A stretch of 64,000 nucleotides of DNA from positions 620,001 to 684,000 of the forward strand of contig CM060733.1 of NCBI GenBank assembly GCA_030704615.1. Reading direction: 5' to 3'. This DNA comes from Takakia lepidozioides (lineage: Eukaryota; Plantae; Bryophyta). Both the position numbers and the translations under genes were made by a program. The notes under the pieces were generated by a model, which saw only the letters and a list, made by a program, of their open reading frames with translations, ran no database searches and was not told the DNA's origin. The stretch's first letter is position 1, and each line of letters begins with the position of its first letter. This document shows, one piece after another, positions 62,585 through 64,000 of this stretch.

Positions 62585-63780
62585 GAGTCAATGGGTGAAC
62601 CAATCGTTCCCCTGCCAAATGACTTTAGATTGATTTGAAACTTTGGGACTGTCTTGTACATGCCCTCTTTAAATTACCGGACAAGTATGAGGTCAATCTA
62701 AAATGGTTCTAAGGGTGAACCAATAGTTCCCCTATTAAATGATTCATAATTGAAAATTGGTTGAAAAATTTAACGAGTCGTTCGGGGGGCAAATGATTAT
62801 TTTTTCGCTTGTAACTTTGTGCACGTGATTTGTACGTACTTAAGCACATATGGACCAAAGTTGAACTTCAACAAAGTTGTTTGAATGGGTTATTCAAATT
62901 CATAAGGAGAAACAACCTTTCGTCTGCACATGAATTGTTTTTAATTCCATTCTGAAGCCATATGCTTGATAACAACATGAAGAGTTGCATGCAAAATATC
63001 ACCATGAACAGACATCGTTTGCATCCAAAACACATTTTATTCCTTCATTTGCACTCCAAGGTGAAGTTATCTTCAACTTCATGCACTCTTCATAGAGAGT
63101 TCTGCAATAGTGAGCATAGAGCAAGGATGTGGTGGTGTGAGGGTTCAACTCACAGAATAAAATCAAGCCAAAAACAAAATCATTGCGCCCCACACTCATT
63201 GCGCCCCACAATCCTATGCCCTCTAAATCATTTTATTTAGTAAAAATCCAGTTCAATTCAAAATTGGATGAAATGGTGAATGGAAACTTCCCCGATGAAA
63301 TGATATTTTATTGCTCCGAAACTTTGCAAGTGTCTTCCCTCTTACACGTCTTTGAGAAGTATGACATCAATCTAAAATGGTTTAAAGGGTGAACCAATCG
63401 TCCCCCTACTAAATGATTTTAAATTGATTTGAAACTTTGCAAGTGTCTTGTACATGCCCTCTTACAGGTCTTTCACAAGTTTCAAGTCAATCTAAAATGG
63501 TTGAAAGGGTGAATCAATCATGAACATATCAAATGATTTAGGAGTGCTTTAAAGCTTTGCAAGTGTCTTTCACATGCGGTACCGGACAAGTATGAGGTCA
63601 GTAAAATATGGTTGAAAGGGTGAACCAATTGTTCTCCTATCAAATGATTTTACATTGCTTTGAAGCTTTGCAAGTATCAGCCATATGCCCTCCTACAAGT
63701 ACCGGACAAATATGACGTGAATAAAAAATGGTTGAAAGGGTGAACCAATCATTCCGCTATCAAATGATTTTATATTGCTT
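62585..63780. repeat. ~120-bp tandem repeat (about 6-7 copies in two blocks)
   Basis: aaaatggttgaaagggtgaaccaatc...aaatgattt...ctttgcaagtgtc...accggacaagtatgaggtc recurs at ~62590, 62700, 63375, 63495, 63610 and 63725. Confidence 0.85.
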
Positions 63781-64000
63781 TGGATGTCATTGCTTTGGTA
63801 ATTCTAGCCCCCCAATGGCCCATTGTAACCCTTGAATTACAATTCAAAATGCAATTCAAGCCCTTAAAATTGGTAATGCCAGTCCCTAAAATGACCAACC
63901 CTAACCACCCCTCAAATTGTAATTTGAGCCCTTGAAATTGTCAATTCCAATCCCTCAAATTGCAATTGAAGCCTCTGAAATTTAATGCCAACCCCTCAAA

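Larger units (their letters stand above)
59920..64000 (+). mobile_element. Left end and proximal body of element 'E' (probably continues beyond the window)
   Basis: Abrupt switch from LINE sequence after CAACTATC; ACGT-rich terminus, hairpin array, TATA, cargo ORFs. Confidence 0.6.

Overview
Repeat-rich eukaryotic DNA, most likely from a non-seed land plant (inferred from a moss-type PLS-DYW PPR gene). Two intact host genes are present: a 29-repeat PLS-E-DYW RNA-editing PPR gene (23822-27514, minus strand) and a 4-exon EndoU ribonuclease gene (30510-33297, plus strand), with decayed PPR and EndoU fragments nearby. Most of the rest is nested mobile DNA. (1) A young Ty3/gypsy chromovirus (47703-54643; LTRs, PBS, 5-bp TSD). 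(2) The chromovirus sits inside an unusual long LINE whose ORF reads APE - RT - chromodomain - PCIF1/CAPAM-like adenine-methyltransferase-like domain - RNase H. (3) Two Crypton/DUF3504-like tyrosine-recombinase pseudogenes bracketed by ~100-bp GGTAA...TTACC hairpins. (4) A probable KDZ transposase relic. (5) Both ends of a large element ('E') with asymmetric termini, hairpin arrays, inward-facing TATA boxes and a protein-kinase cargo gene. The two ends of E carry the same 8-bp flank (CAACTATC) and split one LINE reading frame in permuted order across 59 kb, which suggests a large tandem duplication or circular permutation. All domain calls were made by eye from motifs; no searches were run.
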